Origin: an uncultured Alphaproteobacteria bacterium
GTDB taxonomy: Bacteria > Pseudomonadota > Alphaproteobacteria > Rhodobacterales > Rhodobacteraceae
NCBI GenBank assembly: GCA_963721175.1
Contig: CAVRIG010000011.1
Location: 92,272-156,271, forward strand
Direction: 5' to 3'
Length of the DNA: 64,000 bases
In this document: piece by piece, positions 46,030 through 56,204 of the stretch
Position numbering within the stretch: position 1 is the first letter of the stretch
Layout: each line of letters opens with the position of its first letter
Made by a program: the position numbers and the translations under genes
The notes under the pieces: model-generated
Told to the model about the DNA's origin: nothing
Seen by the model: the letters and a program-made list of their open reading frames with translations, nothing else
Database searches by the model: none

Positions 46030-46889
46030 CGCAACGAAAGCCTGGCCTGTTGATCGGCGGGATTGTGGCAGCGCTGACTTGGGTCGCGCAGGCAGCGGAG
46101 GCGGCTTGCGGTCCCGACGAAGCGGCCTGCACGGTCGACGGCGGAACGTATCACGCCGCAGCGCCCGAGGGCCCCGCCACGGGCGCGATGATATTTCTGC
46201 ATGGCTGGGGCTCGTCGGGGCAGGGCAGCCTGCGGATGACCGGCATGGTGCAGGCCTTCAACGATCGCGGCTTCGTGGTGATCGCGCCCGATGGGTCGCC
46301 GCGGCAGGGGCGCAGCGGGCGTACGTGGTCGTTCCACCCGGATCTCCCCGCGGCACGGGACGTGCACGGGTTCCTCGATGCGGTGCGCCAGGATGCGGCG
46401 ACACGGTTCGATTTCGATCCCGAACGGGTGCTGCTGTCGGGCTTTTCGATCGGAGGGTCGATGGCCTCCTACATTGCCTGCTTTCACCCCGACAGCTTCG
46501 CCGCCTATGCGCCGGTCGGCGGCAACATGTGGCGGCCGCATCCCGAAAGCTGTGCGGGACCGGTCCGGATGCTGCACACGCATGGCTGGTCGGATGGCAC
46601 GGTGCCGCTCGAGGGGCGGCTGATCCGCGGTGATTTGGCGCATGACCCGGATGCCGTGGTGCAGGGAGATGTCTTTGCCGTGCTGGAGGTGTTTCGTCGC
46701 GCCAATCGCTGCGACTACCATGATCCGGACCATTTCGAGATCGGGGAGCAATACTGGACCCGCACCTGGGAGAATTGCGCGCCGGGCTCCGCGCTGGAAT
46801 TCGCGCTGCATTCCGGTGGCCATTCCGTGCCCCCGGGGTGGGCCGAACTGGTGCTTGACTGGTTCGAGGCGCAGGATGTTTCGCATTGA
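46026..46889 (+). CDS. secreted PHB-depolymerase/esterase-like hydrolase
   Basis: LHGWG, GFSIGG, HGWSDGTVP, GGH triad motifs. Confidence 0.8.
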   Translation: MTQRKPGLLIGGIVAALTWVAQAAEAACGPDEAACTVDGGTYHAAAPEGPATGAMIFLHGWGSSGQGSLRMTGMVQAFNDRGFVVIAPDGSPRQGRSGRTWSFHPDLPAARDVHGFLDAVRQDAATRFDFDPERVLLSGFSIGGSMASYIACFHPDSFAAYAPVGGNMWRPHPESCAGPVRMLHTHGWSDGTVPLEGRLIRGDLAHDPDAVVQGDVFAVLEVFRRANRCDYHDPDHFEIGEQYWTRTWENCAPGSALEFALHSGGHSVPPGWAELVLDWFEAQDVSH

Positions 46890-47117
46890 GCGGTGCCCGC
46901 ACGTGATGCGTTCGCGTCCGGCCCCCGCAGGCTCAGGGACCTGCGCTCCTGATCTTGACCGGTCGAAGCTCTCCTGCGTACGGCTTGCAAACCCATTGAA
47001 TTGCATGGATTGAGCGACATCGCGCAAGTCATACAATAAACTCACGCAGGCCAGTGTCATTCTGCGCCAGAATGTTGTTTCGAGAGGGTAACCTACAGCC
47101 CGTAAGCGGTGTGATAT

Positions 47118-47161
47118 TGGAGCGGGCGATGAGATTCGAACTCACGACCCTTACCTTGGCA
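47118..47161 (-). tRNA. 3' half only of tRNA-Gly(GCC); att-site duplicate, not a complete tRNA gene
   Basis: Reverse complement TGCCAAGGTAAGGGTCGTGAGTTCGAATCTCATCGCCCGCTCCA: anticodon GCC, T-arm, CCA end; no D-arm/5' half upstream. Confidence 0.9.
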
Positions 47162-47227
47162 CCGGCCATATAAGTATCTGAAAACAGTGCCTTACGATGT
47201 AGAATCCATGAATGGAGACACGTCGTC

Positions 47228-47294
47228 ATGGCAACAATTCGCAAACTCCCCTCGGGGAAATGGAATGTCCAGGTCCGCAGTGGTGGCAAGCTCT
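47228..47294 (+). pseudogene. N-terminal stub of a tyrosine integrase truncated by IS3
   Basis: MATIRKLPSGKWNVQVR with GGAGA RBS, 67 bp from the att site. Confidence 0.7.
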
Positions 47295-47413
47295 CCCCCT
47301 GTGTCAGGGAAGTTGTCCGCTGCTCTACTTTTCCTCTACTTTTCAGGCGGGCGGGAGAGGACGATGACTTGGGATATTCACCGGAACGCAAGGCGGCAGT
47401 GCCGAGGCGGATG
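47295..47413. repeat. 119-bp inverted repeat with 48719-48837
   Basis: Manual alignment gives about 5 mismatches; includes the IS terminus and the first codons of orfA. Confidence 0.9.
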
Positions 47414-48832
47414 GCGCTGTGAAGGTGTTCGCCGTTATACCAGCGCGCGAAGGACTTCACCCAGACCTGGGCGTCGGCCTTCGAGGCAAAGCCCTTGGTC
47501 GGCCAGTCCGGGCGGTATTTGCAGGTTCGGAACAGGGCTTCGCAGAAGGGGTTGTCGTTGCTGACGCGCGGCCGGCTGGAGGACGCGGTGATACCCAGTT
47601 TCTCCATGGTCACCTTCATCGTGGCGCCCTTCATCGGGCTGCCGTTGTCGGCGTGCAGGACCCGCGGGCGCGTGATGCAGCCTTCGGCTTGGACCGCCTG
47701 CCGGATCGGCGCCGCCGCCAGCTCCGCGCTCTCGCGCTCATGAACTTCCCAGCCGACGATTTTCCGGCTGAAGATGTCCACGATCAGGTAGAGATGGAAG
47801 AACATCCCCGCGACCGGCCCGGGCATCCAGGTGATGTCCCAGGTCCGGACATCGCAGGGCGCGCTGGCCTTGTAGCTGGCGGGAGGGTTTCGTCGGACGG
47901 GTGGTCTGGCTCGACCCCGGTGATGCTGCTGCCCCTCTGCGCGCAGGATGCGGTAGAAGCTGGATTCCGACGCCAGATACCGCTCCTGATCGGCCAGCTT
48001 CGGCACGATCCGGCTGGGCGGAAGGCTGGCGAATTCCGCTGAATTACAGGCTTCCAGCACGGCGGCGCGTTCCGCCGGGCTCAACTTGTTGCGCGGTTCC
48101 GGACGCGGCACGAGGGGACGCTGATCGGGCTGAACCTCGCCGCCTCTTGTCCAGCGCCGCAGGGTGCGGTCGCTGATGTCCAGCTCGGCGCAGGCTTTGG
48201 CGCGCCGCGCGCCAGCAGTGACGGCCTCTTCGATCAGCAGCGCGGGCTTTGGCGATGTGGGGTGCTGATCATGCGTCCTCGTCGTCCCCCCAGATCGCCC
48301 GAGCCCTTTTTCGCAGAACAAGCAGAGCTGCGGTTTCAGCCAGAGCCTTCTCCTTGCGCGCCAGGTCCCGCTCCAGATCCCTGACCCGCTTCTTCTCTTC
48401 CTTGGTCGCCTGGCCGATCCGGGCCGTGCTGGCGCGGTCCCGGTCGTTCGCCTGTTCGCACGCAGCCCGCCATGCCGCGATCTGCGCCGGATAGAGCCCG
48501 CGCGTGCGGCAGTATTCGCCCAGATCGGCCTCGTTCAGCGCCGCCGTTTCCAGCACGGCCGCGAACTTGTCACGCGAGGACCAGCCCTCGGGGCCGGCGT
48601 CGGCATCGGGCAGAAGCTGCCCCTTGCCGCGCGCTTCGGCCCGCCACTTGTGCAGCGTCGCCTCGGAAATCCCTTCCTCCTGCGACAGCTGCCGAATGGC
48701 CATGTTGTTCGGCGGCAGCATCCGCTTCAGCACAGCCGCCTTGCGTTCCGGTGAATATCCCAAGTCATCGTCCTATCCCGCCCGCCTGAGAAGTAGAGGA
48801 AAAGTAGAGCAGCGGACAACTTCCCTGACACA
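47300..48832 (-). mobile_element. IS3-family element (orfA 48269-48763, orfB about 47410-48272) bounded by two inverted copies of its left end
   Basis: orfA HTH; orfB WDITW, HADNGS, SNDNPFCEALF DDE motifs; TGTGTCAGGG... termini. Confidence 0.9.
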
Positions 48833-48839
48833 GGGGGGG

Positions 48840-49352
48840 GCCGTACCGGGGCTGTATCGGACGGCCCGCACGCCTTGCATGGGCGAGATCATGGACCGAC
48901 TGTCGCCGGGCGATCCCACTCAGCGGGTGGTGTTCAAGAAGGCGGCGCAGGTGGGCACGACGGAGGCGGGCAACAACTGGATCGGCTTTGCCATCCACCA
49001 GGCGCCCGGCCCGACGCTCGCGGTCCAGCCGACGGTGGAACTGGCGAAACGCAACTCGCGTCAGCGGATCGATCCGCTGATCGAGGAGAGCCCGGAGCTC
49101 AGGGAGCCGATCAAGCCGCGACCCTCGCGCGATGCGGGCAGCACGATGCTGCCGAAGGAACTCGCGGGCGGCATCCTGATCATGACGGGGGCTAACTCGG
49201 CGGTCGGACTGCGCTCGACCCCGGCGCGCTACATCTTCTTGGACGAAGTCGACGCCTATCCGGCCTCGGCCGACGAGGAAGGCGGTCCGGTGACGCTGGC
49301 CGAAGCGCGGTCGTTGACCTTCGCCCACCGGCGCAAGGTGTTCCTGGTCTCC
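48840..49352 (+). pseudogene. lambda-like terminase large subunit (GpA) internal fragment
   Basis: KAAQVGTTE Walker-A-like, GANSAVGLRS, IFLDEVDAY Walker B. Confidence 0.88.
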
Positions 49353-51610
49353 AGTACCGGACGCTTCTCGCCGTCTCGGCCTCGCTGGGGCTGCCCTATC
49401 ACCTCGTCACCGGCGACGTGCGCCAGGCCAACTATTCCAGCTTGCGGGCCGAGCTCGTGGAGTTCCGCCGCCGCGTGCAGCAGCTGCAGCACGGGGTGAT
49501 CGCGCATCAGCTCTGCCGCCCGGTTTGGGCGCGCTGGCTGGAGGCCGCCCAACTGGCGGGCCGGTAGGACCTGTCCGACCCGGCGGCTGCCCGCATGGTG
49601 CAGTGGATTCCGTCCCGCTGGGACTGGGTCGATCCGCTGAAAGACATCCAGGCACAGGTGCTGGCGATGGAGGCGGGCATTACCTCGCGACGCAAGGTGG
49701 TCGAGGCCACCGGCTACGATGTCGAGGAAGTCGAGAGGCTGTGTGAAAACTCCCCCAATCTGACCAGACTGATGCTATGATTTCCGTATTTGATACGGAG
49801 GTTATTGTTGACGCGATTTATCGAAGGTTTGGATCGCCGGCAGACGATGTTGTTGCCTGAGTGTCTCGACGATCATGTTGACGAGAACAGCCCTGTCCGT
49901 GCGATTGATGCCTTTGCAGACATGCTTGGTCTGTCGACGCTTGGCTTCAACGCGCAGGCTGCTGCCACGGGTCGGCCGGGTTATCATCCTGGGCTGATGC
50001 TGCGGATTTATCTCTACGGTTACTTGAACCAGGTCCAGTCGTCGCGGCGGCTGGAACGGGAGTGCGGGCGCAACCTTGAGCTCATTTGGCTGACGGGTCG
50101 GTTGAAGCCGGACTTCAAGACGATTGCGGACTTCCGCAAGGATAACGGGCCTGCGATCCGCAAGGTGTGCCAACAGTTCGTCGCCCTGTGCCGCAACATG
50201 GATTTGCTGGATGGGGATGTGGTCGCCATTGATGGCAGCCGGTTCAAGGCAGTGAATGCCAAGGCCAAGAATGACACGCGCGGCAAACTGCGCCAGAAGC
50301 TGGGCGAGATCGACAAAGCCATTGAGCGCTATCTTGGGCGAGTTGGATCGTGCCGACGAGGTGTTCGAGCAGACTGGCACGGTGCTGCCAGAGGCGCGAA
50401 TGGAACGGACCCTGACGAAAGCTGGAACATCTGCAAAAGGAGGCTGCGCGTTACAGATCAATTGAGCAACGCATGGATGAGACCGGTGAAAACCAAGTCT
50501 CGCTGAGCGATCCCGATGCCCGATCCATGGCAACAACGGCCCGCATGCCGCGCATTGTCGGTTACAATGTTCAAGCCGCCGTCGAAGCCGATCACCATCT
50601 GATCGTTGCGCATGAAGTTACGATGCTTGGATTTGACCGGGAGGCCTTATCGATGATGGCCGTAGCAGCACGAGATGAAATGACGACAGATCAGCTCACA
50701 GCAATCGCGGACAAGGGCTATTACAAAGGCGAAGAAATCGTCGCCAGCGAAGACGCTGGCATCTCGGTTGTTGTCCCCAAACCCATGACCTCAAACGCCG
50801 CTGCGCGTGGCCAGTTTGATAAGGCTGACTTCGCCTGTGACAGCGGCCTGGATGTCTATGTTTGCCCCGCAGGCGAGAGCCTGACTTACAGATTTACCGG
50901 CCAGCAGGACGGCAAAGCCATCGGGTCGTATTGGTCGGGGGCCTGCGCTGAATGTCCGATCAAAACCAAATGCACGACGTCAAAAGAGCGGCGTGTCCGC
51001 AGATGGGAGCACGAGGACTGCTGGAGCGGGTGCAGGAACGGCTGGACGAAGATCCAACGCAACTGGCCGTCCGCAGCATGACCGTCGAGCATCCATACGG
51101 CACGATCAAATCCTGGATGGGGGCCACACACTTCAAAATGAGACGGCTGAAAAACGTCGCCACAGAGATGGCGCTGCATGTGCTGGCCTACAATATGACC
51201 CGCGTGATGAAGATCATGGGCATTCCGGCAATGATCGACGGGATGAAGGCGTAAGAGCCCTCGTTTGCCCTGCAATTTGCGCCCAAAATGCCATATCTGC
51301 CCCAAGTGGCCACCGCCCGCCCGACAATCCATCCTGTCGATCGGAACGACGATCTCACGCCAAAAGGGACGCAAAAGTCCAAAACAACAGTGGGCATCGC
51401 GATCAGCGGAGTTTCCACACACCCTCTCGACAGAGAGAACGCGACGGACACGGCGCGCGCCGAAGGTCTCGGCCTGCGCTACCGCACCAGCCCGGGCGAG
51501 ACGCAAGGCGCCCGCGCTACCCCGGCGACGCGGCCCGATCCAGGCGACGGGGCGGATGGAGACAGGGGCGAAACTCAGCTGCGGCCGAGCGCGACACCAA
51601 TCAGGAGTGA
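49353..51610 (+). pseudogene. lambda-family portal protein, C-terminal fragment interrupted by IS1182
   Basis: LPYHLVTGDVRQANYSSLRA, WDWVDPLKD, YDVEEV|DREN; in-frame TAG near 49565. Confidence 0.85.
49735..51426 (+). mobile_element. IS1182-family insertion sequence (transposase about 49808-51254, frameshifted)
   Basis: IRs GAGGCTGTGTGAAAACTCC / GGAGTTTCCACACACCCTC, 4-bp TSD TCGA; SSRRLE, PDFKTI, AIDGS, GYNVQ, ADKGY, VEHPYG motifs. Confidence 0.93.
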
Positions 51611-51614
51611 CATC

Positions 51615-52378
51615 ATGAAGAGCTGGTACACGATCCGCGCCCGGGACACCGGCGCGGAGGTGCTGATCTATGACGAGATCGGAGCCTATGGCGTCAGCGC
51701 CAAGGGCTTCCTGGCCGAGCTGGGCGCGCTGCCGGATGACAGGGCCATAGACCTGCGGCTCAATAGCCCCGGCGGATCGGTCTTCGATGCGGTCGCCATC
51801 TACAATGCCCTGAGCCGCCACGCCGGCATGGTCACGGTCTGGATCGACGGCATCGCGGCCTCGGCGGCGAGCTACGTCGCCATGGCGGGCGACGAGATCG
51901 TCATGCCCGAGAACGCCTTCCTGATGATCCATGATCCGTCCGCGCTTGTCATGGGCACGGCGGCGGACATGCGCGACATGGCCGGGACACTGGACAAGAT
52001 CGCGTCCAGCATGCTGCGTGGCTACGCGTCCAGGTCCGGCAAGCCCGAGGAGGAGATCGCGGCCCTTCTGGCGGCCGAGACCTGGTTCGATGCTGCCGAG
52101 GCGCTGGAGGCCGGCCTTGCCACGCGGCTGGCCGAGCCCGTTCGCATCGCCGCTGCCTTCGACATCAGCCAGTTCCGCAATGCCCCGCCTGCGCTGATCG
52201 AAGCTGTTGAAGCAGTGGAGCCGGAAGACGACGCCACAGCGACCGATACCGTTGAAGATGACACCGATGGCGCGCCCGCCGCGCCCGATCCCGCGCCGCC
52301 GTCCGTGTCGGAGAATGCCGATGATACCGTCGCAGTCGCCGACACGGTGCCGGATCCCACGGCCATCCGCTCCGAGGC
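51615..52378 (+). pseudogene. phage ClpP-like head maturation protease, truncated by IS21
   Basis: IYDEIG, LNSPGGSVFD, DGIAASAAS, MIHDP, ETWF. Confidence 0.88.
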
Positions 52379-52566
52379 CTGCCGCGCCGCTTCACTCTTG
52401 CTCATCCCGTCGACAAGGCACGCCCGGCGCACCCGGTCATACAGTTCCACCGACTACCTCTCCCGCACGCAGTTCTTTCGCCTCGGGATCAAGACGCGAA
52501 CTTTTACTCCGCGACGGTCAGATCACCCTATCGTTTCCACTGACCATTTTGTCTCCGGGATTCACA
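52379..52566 (-). mobile_element. IS21-family remnant: left end and first codons of istA
   Basis: TGTGAATCCC... terminus at 52566; (V)ELYDRVRRACLVDGMSKSEAARQ IstA-type N-terminus. Confidence 0.7.
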
Positions 52567-53025
52567 AGAACGAAGCGCTCTACGTTGCGATCGACACGCG
52601 CCAAGACGATGATCTGACCGCTGAAGTCCGCGGGGCACCTGCCCACCTGCCCACGAAATCGGGGGGACTCCAGCATGTTTTCTTTCGTGCGCTGAGATCG
52701 AGGCGCTTCCGTCTTGCAACAAGGATGGCGACGCTGTCACCTCCGCTTTAAATGCATCAACTGGGGAACTGGTAAAAGCCTGTCTCGCCCGTTGATAAAG
52801 TCCGAAGCTTTCATGCATATCCGCTCCTCGCCCGGGCCAGGGATATACCATGCGGAAAACTCTAGACGCGACCGAGGCGGTGTTCGCGAATGACATCAAC
52901 TCGGATGAAGCTACGCAATCGGGCGGGATTTGGAAGACTTCGGCGGGCGGAGTGGTGGCGCCGGTTACCGTCGAGTGTTGCGCAAGCAAGTCTTGCGCAG
53001 GCGCGGGCAGGGGCATATTTGTCAT
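52567..53025 (-). pseudogene. possible degraded hypothetical gene cut by IS21
   Basis: Lower-GC ORF with no recognisable motif. Confidence 0.25.
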
Positions 53026-53163
53026 GTGCGCCGGTAGATGATCGATGCCGCGCGCAACTCATCGAAGTCATCGCCCTGACTGGCATCAGGCAACCCTGAT
53101 TTTCCTGAGAAGAACGGTCCGTCCGGCATGTCGCCGGACCGGTTAATAACTTGCGAGGTCGTG

Positions 53164-53295
53164 ATGGGAAAAGGCAACAACAAGCGCGGAAACAAGGAAG
53201 CGAAGAAGCCGAAGCAGGAGAAGCCCAAGGTTTTGGCAACGGCGAACTCCGGCGCGGTAAAACCGATTTCTCTGGGCGAGAAGAAGAAAAAGTAG
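53164..53295 (+). CDS. 43-aa lysine-rich small protein (MGKGNNKRGNKEAKKPKQEKPKV...EKKKK)
   Basis: GAGGT RBS, biased codons, terminator hairpin follows. Confidence 0.7.
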   Translation: MGKGNNKRGNKEAKKPKQEKPKVLATANSGAVKPISLGEKKKK

Positions 53296-53304
53296 GACAC
53301 CGGC

Positions 53305-53333
53305 GGGCGAGCAGGGGATGCTCGCCCACTTTC
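53305..53333 (+). terminator. intrinsic terminator after the small basic ORF
   Basis: GGGCGAGCA-gggga-TGCTCGCCC followed by ACTTTC. Confidence 0.55.
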
Positions 53334-53886
53334 GGCGTTCCGCGTGAGCTGACAGGTCGACCCGGGCAACGGCTCCTCGCGTGCGTGAAAATCTGCGAGT
53401 CCGAACTATAGCGGGTTTGACCTCATTCCCGCCATCCCAAGGGTCGAATGGCGGAACGGTACAGCATGCAGCCGACGGCGGCCGTGGTGATAACTGGGCG
53501 CTTCGGGACGGAAACGGTTCGGTGGTGCGTGCAAGTCGGGCAGGCATCGCGGCTTGAACTTCGTCCGGATCGTTTCGGACCCCTGAACTCGGCAAGATGC
53601 AGGTCTTCTGGTCGCCTGAAGGCCCAGCAGGCGTATGCAGTGCCCGCCCTGATCGCTGGCGCTCGGCAGGCCAGAGGCCCGCGCTACGCCGGACGGGGTG
53701 GCAGGCGTATGTCGTCCACCCGCTCGAGTGCAGCAAATCGGCCGATCAAAACCGCCTCAAAACCCGCCGGCATCTTCCGTCGAGCCACGCGCGATCCCTG
53801 AGCATCGAACCGTCCTCACCTCTGATCATGGCGCCGATCTGGCGGAAGCCCCCGGAGTCTCGGGAGTCTCGGGAGCACAGCTTCGC

Positions 53887-55065
53887 TCAATTCGAAAGGG
53901 CGTGGCCGATCCAGTCGAGCCGGGCATCCGGCACGAGCCCGAAATTGTAGTAGTTGACGCCATCCGCGAAGACCTGAGCGGCGTGTGTCCGATCCCGCAA
54001 GTCATCGCGATCGGCGACCTCCGGATGAAAGAGCTGAAACCCGGCGACGAGGGTCTTGCCGTCGCCCAGAATTCGCCGCGCGTCCTGCAGGGCAGGTCCG
54101 ATTGCCTCGGTAGGAGTGAAGTAGGCGCAATGAACCACGCCGTCGCAATGCGGCGCAATGGATGGCAGATCGACACCGCCCCACCAGCTGCCCTCGGCAT
54201 CGATCAGCAGCACGCGTGTTTGCGGATGCGCCGCCTGTCGGATCTCGCGGATCAGCGACGTGACGGGCTCGATCCGCCACGTGAGATAGGTTTCGAGGTC
54301 ATGCAGATCTGCGAAAGCGGCGGCGCCCTTGGCGGGAAATTCCGGGAAGGCAGCAACGGGCAACTCGCGCGCGAACGCGGCGCCGAGAAGCCGCCGGACC
54401 GTGTCCCGCGCAGCATCGGCCGGCACGCCTGCGGTCCGGGCCCGTTCCATGCAATGGTCGCAGAAACACACGCTCAGCAGGAACCTGTCTTCCGCCAGAA
54501 GCCCGAGCCCGTCCTTTTCGTGGTGAAACCCGTGATCGAACCCCATGAAATCGGGGCTTTCGAGTTCGATCCGATCGGGGCGATACCGCGTGCTGAATTC
54601 GGCGATCATCGTGGTCACGTAGTCGCGCGCGGCCGGACTCGAAGGGCAGAGTCCGTAGTATTGCGGGTCACCGTGGGCGGTCCGGACGACATGATCGGGG
54701 TGCAGCATCCCGAGCCGCGTGTTGTGCAGGCAGACCGTCCAGCAGGACACCTTCGGGCCGCCGGCGTCGCGACGCGCGACCAGTTGGGCGAGGTAGTCCC
54801 CCTCGGACGCGACGATGTCGGCTTCTAGCGGCACGATCTCGTGGCCCGTCCACCAAGAAGGATCCACCGAATAGTAGACCGTCCCGTCCTGCGGATACCA
54901 GATGCGGCGGCGCGGATTTCCGGGCTGGAGAAATCGGCCTGCGTGATAGGAGGTGGCAAGGCTGATCGTATTGACGCCTTGGCTCGTCAGCCTTTCGATT
55001 GCGACGTCGAGCCCGATGTCGTGCAGATCCCAAGGGTAGGACCAGACGGAGACCTCCTGCATCAT
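53887..55065 (-). CDS. uncharacterised protein, probable glycoside-hydrolase-like TIM barrel
   Basis: YPWD, SYHAGR, WTVCLHN, LCPS, ELES, HHEK, CFCDHC; ATGA-coupled to upstream gene. Confidence 0.75.
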   Translation of the reverse strand: MMQEVSVWSYPWDLHDIGLDVAIERLTSQGVNTISLATSYHAGRFLQPGNPRRRIWYPQDGTVYYSVDPSWWTGHEIVPLEADIVASEGDYLAQLVARRDAGGPKVSCWTVCLHNTRLGMLHPDHVVRTAHGDPQYYGLCPSSPAARDYVTTMIAEFSTRYRPDRIELESPDFMGFDHGFHHEKDGLGLLAEDRFLLSVCFCDHCMERARTAGVPADAARDTVRRLLGAAFARELPVAAFPEFPAKGAAAFADLHDLETYLTWRIEPVTSLIREIRQAAHPQTRVLLIDAEGSWWGGVDLPSIAPHCDGVVHCAYFTPTEAIGPALQDARRILGDGKTLVAGFQLFHPEVADRDDLRDRTHAAQVFADGVNYYNFGLVPDARLDWIGHALSN

Positions 55066-56192
55066 GCGAGTTCCTCGTAGCGGCCCGCGAGCACCCGCGC
55101 CCGTGGAACCAGACGCTGCTCCCAGGTCAGCCATTCGCCCGTCACGTCTTCGAGATCGATGGGCGCGTCGACCAGGCGGATCACGCTCGCGTCGCCCGGC
55201 CCGTCCGGCACGAGGCGGCCCAGCGACGGCCGGCCCATCGCCTTTGCCGGGGATTCGGTCGTGGCGCGGATGACCTCGATGAGCGGCATGCCAAGCGCCA
55301 GCAGCTTGTTCATCGTGCGCAGAAGATCCCAGGCCGGGCCGTCGACGCAGAGGACGTGGACATCGGACGAGATCGTGTCGGGCGCAAATCCGGCGGCCAT
55401 CGCGGCCCGCGCGGAGGCCCAGGAAAACGCTCCCATGCCGTGCCCGATATCGAAGAGCACGCCCCGCGTGCGGGCCTCGAGCAACGCGCCCTTCAGACGG
55501 CCAGCCTCGTCTACGGGGGCATTCGGCGCAGGCCGAAAGCAATGGGTCAGCACATCGCCGGGCCTCAGCAGGCGGACCACCTCCTCGTAGGAGGGGTCGG
55601 GCTCGTCGATATGGGCCATGATCGGCAGACCGGTCTTTTCGGCGACCGCTAGAGCCAGCCGTAGCGGCTCGATCCCGTTCTGCCCGCTGGTGTGCCGCCC
55701 CACCCGTACCTTGATGCCCACGATGTGATCCGGGTTCTCGGCAGCGACCGCTGCGGCCTCCTCCCCGGCCATCAGGCGCATGTCCTGGCTTTCCCCGACC
55801 ATGATGGTAGGGGAAAAGGCGAAGATGCCCGCGAAGGAAATGTGGATATAGGCCAGAATTCGAACCTCCGCGCGCTCGATCACGTGGCTGCGGAAGCCGG
55901 CAAAATTCCCCGGCCCGGCGCTGCCGGTATCGACCAGCGTCGTCGCCGCGCAGCGCCGGGCATAACCGTCGGCCTCCACGCTCAGCGACGTGCCGCCCCA
56001 GTAGACATGGGTGTGCAGGTCGATCAGTCCCGGTGTGAGTATGCAGCCGGCGACGTCGCGCACGCTGTCTCCTGTGAGGTCGTCGCCGATCGCCGCGAGA
56101 CGGTCGCCGCGAAACGCGATATCGGCGATCCGGTCGAAGCCGCTGGCGGGATCGACGACCCGTGCGCCCTTCAGAACGAGGTCATGGGCCAT
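55062..56192 (-). CDS. amidohydrolase/deacetylase metallohydrolase (COG3964, Atu3266/EF0837-like)
   Basis: PGLIDLHTHVYWGG, GIKVR, MAHI, THCF, DIGHG, SSDVH. Confidence 0.88.
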   Translation of the reverse strand: MAHDLVLKGARVVDPASGFDRIADIAFRGDRLAAIGDDLTGDSVRDVAGCILTPGLIDLHTHVYWGGTSLSVEADGYARRCAATTLVDTGSAGPGNFAGFRSHVIERAEVRILAYIHISFAGIFAFSPTIMVGESQDMRLMAGEEAAAVAAENPDHIVGIKVRVGRHTSGQNGIEPLRLALAVAEKTGLPIMAHIDEPDPSYEEVVRLLRPGDVLTHCFRPAPNAPVDEAGRLKGALLEARTRGVLFDIGHGMGAFSWASARAAMAAGFAPDTISSDVHVLCVDGPAWDLLRTMNKLLALGMPLIEVIRATTESPAKAMGRPSLGRLVPDGPGDASVIRLVDAPIDLEDVTGEWLTWEQRLVPRARVLAGRYEELA

Positions 56193-56204
56193 CGCCGACG
56201 CCCG

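Noticed and set aside
47118-47200. Functional tRNA-Gly gene
   Set aside because: The 5' half (acceptor 5' strand, D-arm) is absent; it is an att duplicate
48840-52378. Gene transfer agent cluster
   Set aside because: GpA terminase, lambda portal and ClpP protease do not match the HK97-type RcGTA head module, and the genes are decayed beside an att site
51288-52751. 487-aa novel ClpP fusion protein
   Set aside because: Chimeric read-through of the IS1182 end, portal tail, ClpP and antisense IS21
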